NCBI GenBank assembly: GCA_029775855.1
Contig: JARVJZ010000001.1
Coordinates: forward strand, 160,001 to 224,000
Source: Nitrososphaeria archaeon
GTDB taxonomy: Archaea; Thermoproteota; Nitrososphaeria; Nitrososphaerales; JAAOZN01
Length of the DNA stretch: 64,000 nt
Direction: 5' to 3'
This document shows, one piece after another, positions 38,205-46,202 of the stretch. Within the stretch, counting starts at the first letter, position 1. Every line of letters begins with the position of its first letter. Below the pieces are notes generated by a model that saw nothing but the letters and a program-made list of their open reading frames with translations, was not told the origin of the DNA and searched no databases. A program made the position numbers and the translations under genes.

Positions 38205-38717
38205 ATGTGTGATATAGATAATGATGATGGGGTAGAAATGCTTGGGCAAATAGCTATGTTAGTAGATAAAGAAAGTTTTATGCAGCGGTCTATACAAGAA
38301 GTTGATTCAAACTATTCAAACAGTAAATTTATTGACACACTACAGACAGTAATACCAAATCTATTAGGACCTATTGGTGCTGCAGTACTTTTTTATCATA
38401 TAGGTGCAAAGTTGGTTGACAACATGTTTGAAGAATGTGCCGGAGACCTACATGAGCTAAAACGCTCAATAATTGTTCTCTTCGCTAAAAATAGTTTCGG
38501 TGTAATAGAGATAGAAGATAACAAATGCCTGAGTCGACTTAACATTTGCACCAAGCCTCTACCATTGGCTGGAAGTAGTTCAATAGGTTGCTACTTTGTT
38601 AGGGGTATCTTCCAAAGGTATCTAAAGCTTGTTAAAGGATTTGATGTAGAAGTTGAGGAAAGTCGTTGCGTATCTAAAGGTAGCCGCTTCTGTGAATTTA
38701 GGGTAAAAGAGGTTTGA
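38205..38717 (+). CDS. stand-alone V4R (4-vinyl reductase) ligand-binding domain protein
   Basis: GCYFVRGIF..EVEESRCVSKGSRFCEF Zn-site signature; start may be ATG 38238. Confidence 0.85.
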   Translation: MCDIDNDDGVEMLGQIAMLVDKESFMQRSIQEVDSNYSNSKFIDTLQTVIPNLLGPIGAAVLFYHIGAKLVDNMFEECAGDLHELKRSIIVLFAKNSFGVIEIEDNKCLSRLNICTKPLPLAGSSSIGCYFVRGIFQRYLKLVKGFDVEVEESRCVSKGSRFCEFRVKEV

Positions 38718-38723
38718 ACAACT

Positions 38724-39134
38724 TTGAAACAACAAGCTTTAGTTGATGAGATAAAAAGCATTTTAGCTAATCTCAAGGCTGAAGTTGGTGCTGAAATATG
38801 TGCATTATATGACAAGAAAGGACTACTCTTTGGAATCGGCTACCGGGCTGAGGCTGCAATTTTATCAAAAGTCACACAGATAGTCATATCAGCAAATAAT
38901 ATTTTTGAAAGTAGCAGAGTAGGTTGCTTAGAGTCCGCACTTGTTGCAACAGAGCAAGCAGGTATAATTATTAGTAGGGTATTTAATTCACCAACTACAT
39001 ATCTATGCCTAATTCTTCCAAGCAGTGATGTTCTTGGTCTTGCATCACTTGGGGTAAATGCTGCCAGAGTAGAAATTACTTCGTTGTTAAGTAGACTTCT
39101 AGATAAAAAGAGTGAGGGTGAGCATTTACTATGA
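38724..39134 (+). CDS. Roadblock/LC7 (MglB-like) domain protein
   Basis: ILANLKAEVGAEICALYDKKGLL..LESALVATEQAGIII..LGLASL pattern; 136 aa. Confidence 0.7.
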   Translation: MKQQALVDEIKSILANLKAEVGAEICALYDKKGLLFGIGYRAEAAILSKVTQIVISANNIFESSRVGCLESALVATEQAGIIISRVFNSPTTYLCLILPSSDVLGLASLGVNAARVEITSLLSRLLDKKSEGEHLL

Positions 39135-39769
39135 GCAGCGAAGTTTCCGAGCTAGAGAGGCGAATAAAATCTATTGAAAAAGAGATACAAGAGATCAGAG
39201 AGCCTCTCTATACAACACTCACCGATTTACGCAGCACAATCGCCGAGCTCGAAAACCCATTTAACTATATATCCAAAATGATCGATAGTATCGATCTTAA
39301 AGAGAAAAAAAAGGAAGGCAAAGAAGCTATAGGCAGTATTAAGGTAGGTGAAGCTAAAGACAATAATAAAGATGGTGGTTTAGATGTATCTGCGAAAGAA
39401 TCGTCCTCATCCACCAATTTACACACAGGATTTAAGATGGATTCTGAGCAATGGTATTACCAGTTCAACGTACTTGTTGTCTCAAACCTACTTCTTGAAA
39501 TCTTCGAAAAGGATGAACTTAAGAAGGTTCTTGCAGAGTATGTCAAAGACGGTTGGGTAAGTAGAGAGCTAGCAAAAACTATTGAAGAAGCTGTCGATAA
39601 ACTAACGGTTAATAGAAAAGTCTCACAAATAGACAACGAAGTGTTAGAGTCGCATCTTTTTGCACTATATATCCTCTATAAGCTCTCCAATCAACCTAAT
39701 GATCCAGTTTTGCCTTTTCTACTAATCTTGTTGAATCGCCTAAGACGCGCTAATAATGCTATTAAATAA
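39131..39769 (+). CDS. ArlC/D/E-like archaellum switch protein (ArlC-type coiled coil + ArlD/E-type domain)
   Basis: Coiled coil ending ELENPF; C-terminal VLAEYVKDGWVS..ESHLFALYILYKL resembles the FlaD/E YY.IGWIS..DH..SL.FI..L consensus. Confidence 0.65.
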   Translation: MSSEVSELERRIKSIEKEIQEIREPLYTTLTDLRSTIAELENPFNYISKMIDSIDLKEKKKEGKEAIGSIKVGEAKDNNKDGGLDVSAKESSSSTNLHTGFKMDSEQWYYQFNVLVVSNLLLEIFEKDELKKVLAEYVKDGWVSRELAKTIEEAVDKLTVNRKVSQIDNEVLESHLFALYILYKLSNQPNDPVLPFLLILLNRLRRANNAIK

Positions 39770-39775
39770 GGAGGT

Positions 39776-40279
39776 TTGCTAGAGAAGTTGGCTACAAGCA
39801 GCGTAATTTCCGAAGTTTACATAACATTAGCTGTAGTTATTGCGATTTCCATCTTCTCAGCTACAATCTTTGGGAGCCTACAGAGGGTGGCAGATGCGGA
39901 GAGGGAGAAAACAGTAGATTTGAAGAGAAAGCTGGGTACAAACGTGGAAGTGGTTTTTGCAGCGCAATATAATGCCACTGCAGTTAAAGTGTGGATTAAG
40001 AATACTGGTGTTGAATCAATAAGACCTTCACTTATCAGTTCTAACTCTGATCTCTTCTTCGGTCCACAAGGCTTGTTTACAAGGATAAGTTATAACTCAA
40101 CGTCTCCACCAACTTGGCTCTACATATTAGTAAATGATATGGACAACGACTCGGTATGGGACAGCTCTGAAACCATTGAAATAACTTTGAATAACGGTTC
40201 AATACTGCAGCATGGTGACTACTACATACGATACGTGACATACAATGGTGTTTACAGCGAATATACCTTTACCATCTAA
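39776..40279 (+). CDS. arlG: archaellum stator protein ArlG
   Basis: SSVISEVYITLAVVIA N-terminal TM; VWIKNTG, DLFFGPQG, WDSSETIEI, YNGV. Confidence 0.88.
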   Translation: MLEKLATSSVISEVYITLAVVIAISIFSATIFGSLQRVADAEREKTVDLKRKLGTNVEVVFAAQYNATAVKVWIKNTGVESIRPSLISSNSDLFFGPQGLFTRISYNSTSPPTWLYILVNDMDNDSVWDSSETIEITLNNGSILQHGDYYIRYVTYNGVYSEYTFTI

Positions 40280-40292
40280 GGAAGGTGGTAAA

Positions 40293-40844
40293 GTGGCTGG
40301 CTTTGCTGGTTTAGCAGCGTTCGTCTTGGCGTCTTTTATTCTCCTATGGGTAAATCTCATAACATTAGAGGAAAGTTATGCGAACTATTCAATAGAAATG
40401 GAAAGTATTTTGAAGAGGATAAAGCTTGAAGCACAAACTGCAAAGGAAGCATATGCTCTCTCTGCAATCAACAAAAGTTTGTCAACAATCTCAGTTAATG
40501 TAACAAATGTTGGTGCAAAGTCGCTGCCAGTTAAGAGCTTCACTTACTGCGATGTTGTGGTCGCCTTCTTTGATCTTAATATAGGTAGCTATTCTTCATA
40601 CTGGCTACCATATGGTAAGCCATCTGATCGCGGATACTGGTATGTTGCAGCAATTTATACTGGCGCGGTTCTAGGAGAGAGCATCAATCCATTTAATTTA
40701 ACGAAATTAACTGGGCATCTTGATCCCGGTGAGACGATGCTTATTATCGCTGTGGTGCCACAAGGTAGTTTAGTTGATGTTGATAGTGCGGTATCTGTGC
40801 TCTTTGTATCGTCTTCTGGTGTTGAGGTGTTGGAGGTTGGGTAG
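40293..40844 (+). CDS. arlF: archaellum stator protein ArlF
   Basis: GTG start MAGFAGL + TM; VNVTNVGAKSL, DVVV, INPF, LDPGETM. Confidence 0.78.
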   Translation: MAGFAGLAAFVLASFILLWVNLITLEESYANYSIEMESILKRIKLEAQTAKEAYALSAINKSLSTISVNVTNVGAKSLPVKSFTYCDVVVAFFDLNIGSYSSYWLPYGKPSDRGYWYVAAIYTGAVLGESINPFNLTKLTGHLDPGETMLIIAVVPQGSLVDVDSAVSVLFVSSSGVEVLEVG

Positions 40845-41424
40845 TTTCTCTTCTCTTCTTGTTTTTGGTTTAGTATTCTTGCTAATAGTTAACGTAGTTC
40901 CATTAAGCTACTATTTGAATGAGGCTAGATTAGATAAAGGTAAGATACCTTCAGAAATTCTTTTGGTTAACAGCCGGTGCTTCTCGCGTCTCTATTTAAC
41001 AGGCTTCGCAGTAGAACATGGACACAATCTTACTGTCTCAAGAGTTTCTTTTAATGTGACATATTTTGGTGAAAGACCTGTTAGAGCGGCTGAGCTGTGG
41101 TATGCTAACTTGATCACAGCTTATGCACGGATTATTAGTGGTTCCAATGGGGAGCTTAAGATACAACCTACTGTAAAAAGGATACCTTATACAAAGATAC
41201 TATCTTCAGATACGGCGTGGACGATAGATGTTGTTTACGGTGATAATTTAGAACCGTTAAACAAGATGTTAGAGAGCGGAGCGTTAAATAGTGGAGAGAC
41301 CGCATCGATTAGAATCGAATTCGCCTCAGATGATTCACCCTGCTTTAACCCGCAGAGTGCAGGCTACTTCTATGTTCTATTAGACTTCTCTAATGGTGCG
41401 AAAGGGGTTATTTCGATTAAGTGA
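40837..41424 (+). CDS. second ArlF-like protein
   Basis: TTG start MGSFSSL + TM; FNVTYFGERP, LEP, LNSGETASI, SNG; parallels the motifs of the upstream ArlF. Confidence 0.6.
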   Translation: MGSFSSLLVFGLVFLLIVNVVPLSYYLNEARLDKGKIPSEILLVNSRCFSRLYLTGFAVEHGHNLTVSRVSFNVTYFGERPVRAAELWYANLITAYARIISGSNGELKIQPTVKRIPYTKILSSDTAWTIDVVYGDNLEPLNKMLESGALNSGETASIRIEFASDDSPCFNPQSAGYFYVLLDFSNGAKGVISIK

Positions 41425-41436
41425 GGTGAAGCATCT

Positions 41437-42147
41437 GTGTCCCAACCTAAGCTCATCAGTTGGTACAATAATGAGCTTCAACAAAAGTTAGGTGAAATCC
41501 CTGTACCGACTTTAATGCTCATCGAAGGTTCTAATGATACTGGTAAGAGTGTGTTTGCTCAGCAGCTGACTTATGGTGCATTGCGCAGCGGTCTGAAGGT
41601 TTCATACATCACGACGGAGAATATGGTTAAAAGTCTTATCTCACAGATGCTAAGCCTTTCTTTTGATGTTCGACAATATTTTCTAAAAGGTGAGTTAAAG
41701 ATATTTCCATTACATGTTGAAAACATCGATTGGAGGGAAGAGATTGCTAATCTTTTCTTAGAAGTTATTTCAAGCTACCTTAACAATAGATGCGCCGCGA
41801 GTGTGGTTATAATAGATTCATTAACCTATATGATAACTTATGCTAATGAAGAAGGTGTCTTAACATTCTTTTCTAGCTTAAGAAACATATGTGATAAGCA
41901 GCGTAAAACAGTGATTCTCACTGTACATCCATATGCATTTTCCCAAGAGCTTCTGATCAGAGTGAGATCGATATGTGATGGGCATCTTATCTTAGAGATC
42001 AAGACTGTTGGTGACAAAATAGTTAGAATGCTTTTTGCCTCTAAGCTTAGAGGTGTTATCGGCGGTTCAGGTTCTGTAATAGTTGCATTTGAAGTCGATC
42101 CAGCTTTTGGAATAAAGGTGATTCCTTATTCGCAGGCTAGGGCGTAA
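41437..42147 (+). CDS. arlH: archaellum KaiC-like ATPase ArlH
   Basis: IEGSNDTGKS, YITTE, IIDSLT, TVHP, RSICDGHL, FEVDPAFGIKVIP. Confidence 0.95.
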   Translation: MSQPKLISWYNNELQQKLGEIPVPTLMLIEGSNDTGKSVFAQQLTYGALRSGLKVSYITTENMVKSLISQMLSLSFDVRQYFLKGELKIFPLHVENIDWREEIANLFLEVISSYLNNRCAASVVIIDSLTYMITYANEEGVLTFFSSLRNICDKQRKTVILTVHPYAFSQELLIRVRSICDGHLILEIKTVGDKIVRMLFASKLRGVIGGSGSVIVAFEVDPAFGIKVIPYSQARA

Positions 42148-42150
42148 AAT

Positions 42151-43869
42151 ATGAGTGCAAACAAGAATATCTTCTACGATTTGCTGCCAACAGACTTTAA
42201 TGAACTTATAAGAATAAAGCTTCACTTAAGACAGTATGTAAGTAAACTTGAAGAAGATCGCATCGACACTCCGTCTTGGTTTTTAACGCTTGACAAGAAG
42301 ATGAATAAAGAAAAAGTTAATCTGATCTATCCTGTCTCTGAAGATGTCTTTATTCACATCCTGCGGCAAGAAGGGATGGAGAGGGCAAGGTATACGATTA
42401 TCGAGCCTACCACGGGTCACGATTTAAGAAATATCGTAAATGTGTTAGAGAATATGTTTGCATTTAAGATGAATGAAGAGCATATATACAGGAATTTAGA
42501 AGAGAAGAAAAAGGTATTAAAGAATCTTATTGATAACACTTTAAAGGTTGATCCGTCGATAAACGAGCTCGCATCATTCCGTGTTGTAGGGAAAGGTAAG
42601 GATTCGATAGTTTTAGTTGGAGAAAAGACAAAAAATCTTCTTGAATATCTGCTCGTGAGAGATAAGATAGGTATAGGTCTACTTGAACCGTTGATAAAGG
42701 ATCCATACATCGAAGATATATCTTTTAACGGTGTTGGTCCTGTATTTGTTGAGCATAAAATCTTCAGCAGCTGCCTCAGCAGTTTAAGGTTTGACGACCC
42801 AGAACTATTAGATGAATATATCAAGAGGTTGGCTGAGCGAGTAGGTCGACCAATAAGCTATAGAAACCCTATCGTGGATGGCACTTTACCAGATGGCTCA
42901 AGAATAAATATCGTGTACGGTAGTGACATCAGCAAACACGGGACGAACTTTACTATTAGGAAGTTTTCTAAAGTGCCCATCAGCATACTTCAACTATGCC
43001 TATGGAACACTATAGGTTATCTTCCAGCGGCTTACCTCTGGATGCTTCTAGAATTCGGGATAAGCGTCTGGGTTTGCGGTGAAACCGCTTCAGGCAAGAC
43101 AACAACCTTAAACGCTCTATGTGCCTTCATAAACCCAACCGCCAAGATTGTTAGCGTCGAGGATACACCAGAGGTCACTGTGCCTCACGAAAACTGGATC
43201 AGAGAGGTTACTAAGGAGAGTGAGGATAGCGAAAGTAAAATCGATCTTTTTGCTTTGCTTAAATCAGCATTAAGGCAGAGGCCGAATTATATCATAGTAG
43301 GTGAGATACGAGGGCGTGAAGGAAATGTGGCTTTCCAAGCCATGCAAACAGGGCACCCCGTTATAGCTACATTCCACGCATCTACTGTGCAAAAACTAAT
43401 TCAACGCCTTACTGGCTCGCCTATTGAAGTTCCTAAAACCTACATAGACAACATAGGTGCTGTGATCATACAGAGTGCTGTAAAAGTTCCTAAGACTGGT
43501 AAGATTGAACGGCGCGTCTTAAGTGTGAATGAAATATTGGGATATGACTCTTTAGAAGACCGTTTCAACTATATCGAAATATTTAATTGGGATCCTCTTA
43601 CAGATACCTTCCTGTTTAGAGGCGAAGGTACAAGCTACCTTCTGGAGAATAAGCTTGCAGTCTTTTATGGCTACTCTAAGCGTGAGGTAAGAGCAATCTA
43701 CAATCATCTACATCTAAGGGCTGAGCTGTTAAAACTCCTTGCAGAGGCTGGTATCACAGATTATTTTGATCTATGGTACACTTTGAAGACGATAAAAGGG
43801 CTTGGAATCGAACGCGCCTTTGAATTGATGCGACAAGGGCGTCTACTGAAGGTGGTAAAGCGTATATGA
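42151..43869 (+). CDS. arlI: archaellum motor ATPase ArlI
   Basis: DPYIEDIS, LPDGSRIN, GETASGKTT, LRQRPNYIIVGEIRG, TGHPVIATFHA. Confidence 0.96.
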   Translation: MSANKNIFYDLLPTDFNELIRIKLHLRQYVSKLEEDRIDTPSWFLTLDKKMNKEKVNLIYPVSEDVFIHILRQEGMERARYTIIEPTTGHDLRNIVNVLENMFAFKMNEEHIYRNLEEKKKVLKNLIDNTLKVDPSINELASFRVVGKGKDSIVLVGEKTKNLLEYLLVRDKIGIGLLEPLIKDPYIEDISFNGVGPVFVEHKIFSSCLSSLRFDDPELLDEYIKRLAERVGRPISYRNPIVDGTLPDGSRINIVYGSDISKHGTNFTIRKFSKVPISILQLCLWNTIGYLPAAYLWMLLEFGISVWVCGETASGKTTTLNALCAFINPTAKIVSVEDTPEVTVPHENWIREVTKESEDSESKIDLFALLKSALRQRPNYIIVGEIRGREGNVAFQAMQTGHPVIATFHASTVQKLIQRLTGSPIEVPKTYIDNIGAVIIQSAVKVPKTGKIERRVLSVNEILGYDSLEDRFNYIEIFNWDPLTDTFLFRGEGTSYLLENKLAVFYGYSKREVRAIYNHLHLRAELLKLLAEAGITDYFDLWYTLKTIKGLGIERAFELMRQGRLLKVVKRI

Positions 43870-45395
43870 CTCTTAATTTAATAAGCACCGTTGCCCTTAA
43901 AGCCAAGTCAGAAGGTAAAAGTGTAAGAGTTAAAAGTAGAGCCGACTTCCCCCTTCTAATACTACTTTTATATTTGGCTGCTTTCTCAAATCAAGGTTTG
44001 CACTATATTTTAGATGCCCTCAAGAAACCGATTACTCCGCTAAAAGGGTTCGCAACATTATTTATGAAACTCGACATCATGATCAATAAATGGAATTACA
44101 GGCAAGATTACGCGCTACAAATAGCCTCAAATATGAGTGACAACAGAAGCCTCTCACAGTTCTTGCTTAGGTTGTCCCAAGCAATTAATGTGGGCACATC
44201 CTTCAAAGACTTTATGAAGATAGAGTATACAAAGTTTATTATTATAAGTCAGAAGGAGCATCAGATACTAATAGATAAGCTGAGATGGCTTAGTGAAGCT
44301 TACTCCGCAATGATCACAGCTGGAACTGTGCTCTCAGTTTCTATGATTGCTGTTTCAACACTTTTAGGCACAGCTTCAGCTAACCAGAGTTTGCAGCTAA
44401 CTCTTGTTGGGGTTCCCACCGCAGCCTCAGCTTTAGTAGTTCTTATCGCGAGGGCTGGTCTAAAATATGAAACAATAACCGATTTAGACGCTAAACCATA
44501 TAAGTTAACCCTACTCTCAAGATCTGGGAAGATTCTCTTCTTTATCTTAGTCTTTCTCACACCAATCATCTTTTATGTATCTCATTTGTTTGGTAGCAGC
44601 TTTTGGGGTTGGCTTGGTATGGCTATCAGCGGCTTAGCCTTGCTATTATTCGGCAAAATCGCCCTTAGAGAAATAAAACGCATAAAAGGCTTAGAAAATC
44701 AGTTCATGCTCTTTATCAAGGTCTTAGGTGAAGCAGCATCGGCTACCGGCACGCTAAATCAAGGACTTATACTAGTCTCACATAGCGAATTCGGCAAGCT
44801 GTCAAACCACATAAAGAAGCTTGTTTCTAAGCTTACAATAGGGTTTGACAATGAAGTCTCGTGGCTGAATTTTGCAGCTGAAACCGGTAGCAAACTCATC
44901 TCTGATTTTACACAAATACTTCTATTCTCTGTCAAGATAGGCGGAAAGATAATTGAAACATGCCAAACTATATCTGACTGGATGAATGAGGAGCTAAGTA
45001 GAAGAAGTAGGCGTGAACAAGCTTCAAACTACCTAAAAGGTCTGGTCTTTCCTATTCAAGGCACACTCATAGCGATACTGACTATGACAAGTGTGTTAAT
45101 AGAGATCTTTAATAGATTCGCAGCATTCTCTACAAACATTCAAGTAAGGTTCGTGAACCCAATAGATCTTCAGCTACTACTATTCTTCAACTTTATACTT
45201 CTCTTCGCTTTAGCAATAATAAGTGCTTCTGCAATATACTTTACAGAAGGTGGTTCTCTATTTAACCTCTACTATAATTTGGGTCTTCTTCTACTAATCT
45301 CTGGTCTCGGTGTGATTCTTGTCCAAGCCTTTACCTTTAACATTCTAGGCTTGTTTTCAGAACTCGGCTCTAATTTAGGCACGGTGATACCTTGA
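43866..45395 (+). CDS. arlJ: archaellum membrane platform ArlJ
   Basis: Multi-TM protein with two T2SSF-like cytoplasmic domains, directly after arlI. Confidence 0.85.
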   Translation: MTLNLISTVALKAKSEGKSVRVKSRADFPLLILLLYLAAFSNQGLHYILDALKKPITPLKGFATLFMKLDIMINKWNYRQDYALQIASNMSDNRSLSQFLLRLSQAINVGTSFKDFMKIEYTKFIIISQKEHQILIDKLRWLSEAYSAMITAGTVLSVSMIAVSTLLGTASANQSLQLTLVGVPTAASALVVLIARAGLKYETITDLDAKPYKLTLLSRSGKILFFILVFLTPIIFYVSHLFGSSFWGWLGMAISGLALLLFGKIALREIKRIKGLENQFMLFIKVLGEAASATGTLNQGLILVSHSEFGKLSNHIKKLVSKLTIGFDNEVSWLNFAAETGSKLISDFTQILLFSVKIGGKIIETCQTISDWMNEELSRRSRREQASNYLKGLVFPIQGTLIAILTMTSVLIEIFNRFAAFSTNIQVRFVNPIDLQLLLFFNFILLFALAIISASAIYFTEGGSLFNLYYNLGLLLLISGLGVILVQAFTFNILGLFSELGSNLGTVIP

Positions 45396-46006
45396 AGGCC
45401 ATCACTATAGCAGCCATCTTGACTTTGAGCACAGTCTTATCGTTAGGCTCAGCTCTGCTACTGGCGCTAAATGTGACAGGAATCTATACTCCAACATCAA
45501 CCATCTATATCTTACTGCCCTACATGTTAGCAGTTCCCCCCTCATACTTTGTGTTAAGAACATTTTTAGAAGCCCTAACTCCACAACCAAAGGTAGAAAG
45601 TAAAAAAGAAGTCCTAGAAGTTGAAAAACCAAAATCTATAGCGTCTGAAACTATAGAAGTGCCTAAGCCAGTGCCCCAAGCCGAAGGTGTAAAGATTGAT
45701 GAAAAGAAGTTAGAAGAAAAAGAAGTGGAGCAACCTAAGAAAGAGGCTCCTCCACAACCAATCCAAGATACTAACACCATCGTAGAAGAGCAACTTAAGA
45801 TAGAGCCGTCAACATCAAAACAAGAAGTCCCGTCCCCCACGCAAACATCTGAAGAGAATGCCTCTGTGTCGAACGAAGATAAAGTGATAATCTTAACCCC
45901 AATTCTCGAAGAACTTAAATTACTGCAAAATGAATTAAACGGTTTAAAAACGAGATTAAAAATTCCAAAACTAGAGAAAACAGTAAAAGAGAAGTCGGAA
46001 GAATAG
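45392..46006 (+). CDS. membrane-anchored protein: 2 TM, Glu/Pro/Lys-rich linker, C-terminal coiled coil (ArlX-like topology)
   Basis: Hydrophobic N-terminus, low-complexity middle, ILEELKLLQNELNGLKTRL heptads; overlaps the arlJ stop. Confidence 0.6.
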   Translation: MKAITIAAILTLSTVLSLGSALLLALNVTGIYTPTSTIYILLPYMLAVPPSYFVLRTFLEALTPQPKVESKKEVLEVEKPKSIASETIEVPKPVPQAEGVKIDEKKLEEKEVEQPKKEAPPQPIQDTNTIVEEQLKIEPSTSKQEVPSPTQTSEENASVSNEDKVIILTPILEELKLLQNELNGLKTRLKIPKLEKTVKEKSEE

Positions 46007-46033
46007 AGTTCCTAGGCGTGTGAACACCTTACG

Positions 46034-46177
46034 CTACTTGATGTATCTAGCAGGGTTTTTGTCAAAAGCGTCCTTACAAGGTTTACAGCAGAAATAATAT
46101 GTCACACCTTTATACATAGACTTAAACTCAGCCTTCTTCTCATTTACCTCCATCCCGCACACAGGGTCTCTAGCCAA
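46034..46177 (-). CDS. YHS/TRASH-domain metal chaperone (47 aa)
   Basis: Manual translation MARDPVCGMEVNEKKAEFKSMYKGVTYYFCCKPCKDAFDKNPARYIK*; absent from the ORF track. Confidence 0.88.
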   Translation of the reverse strand: MARDPVCGMEVNEKKAEFKSMYKGVTYYFCCKPCKDAFDKNPARYIK

Positions 46178-46202
46178 CCTTGTTCAATTTATTATTATTA
46201 GC

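Noticed and set aside
45990-46035. attR-like duplication of the tRNA-Lys 3' end at the right border of the archaellum block
   Set aside because: No copy of CCCACCAGGCCCGCCA or part of it was seen and no integrase is present, so an active integrative element is not supported
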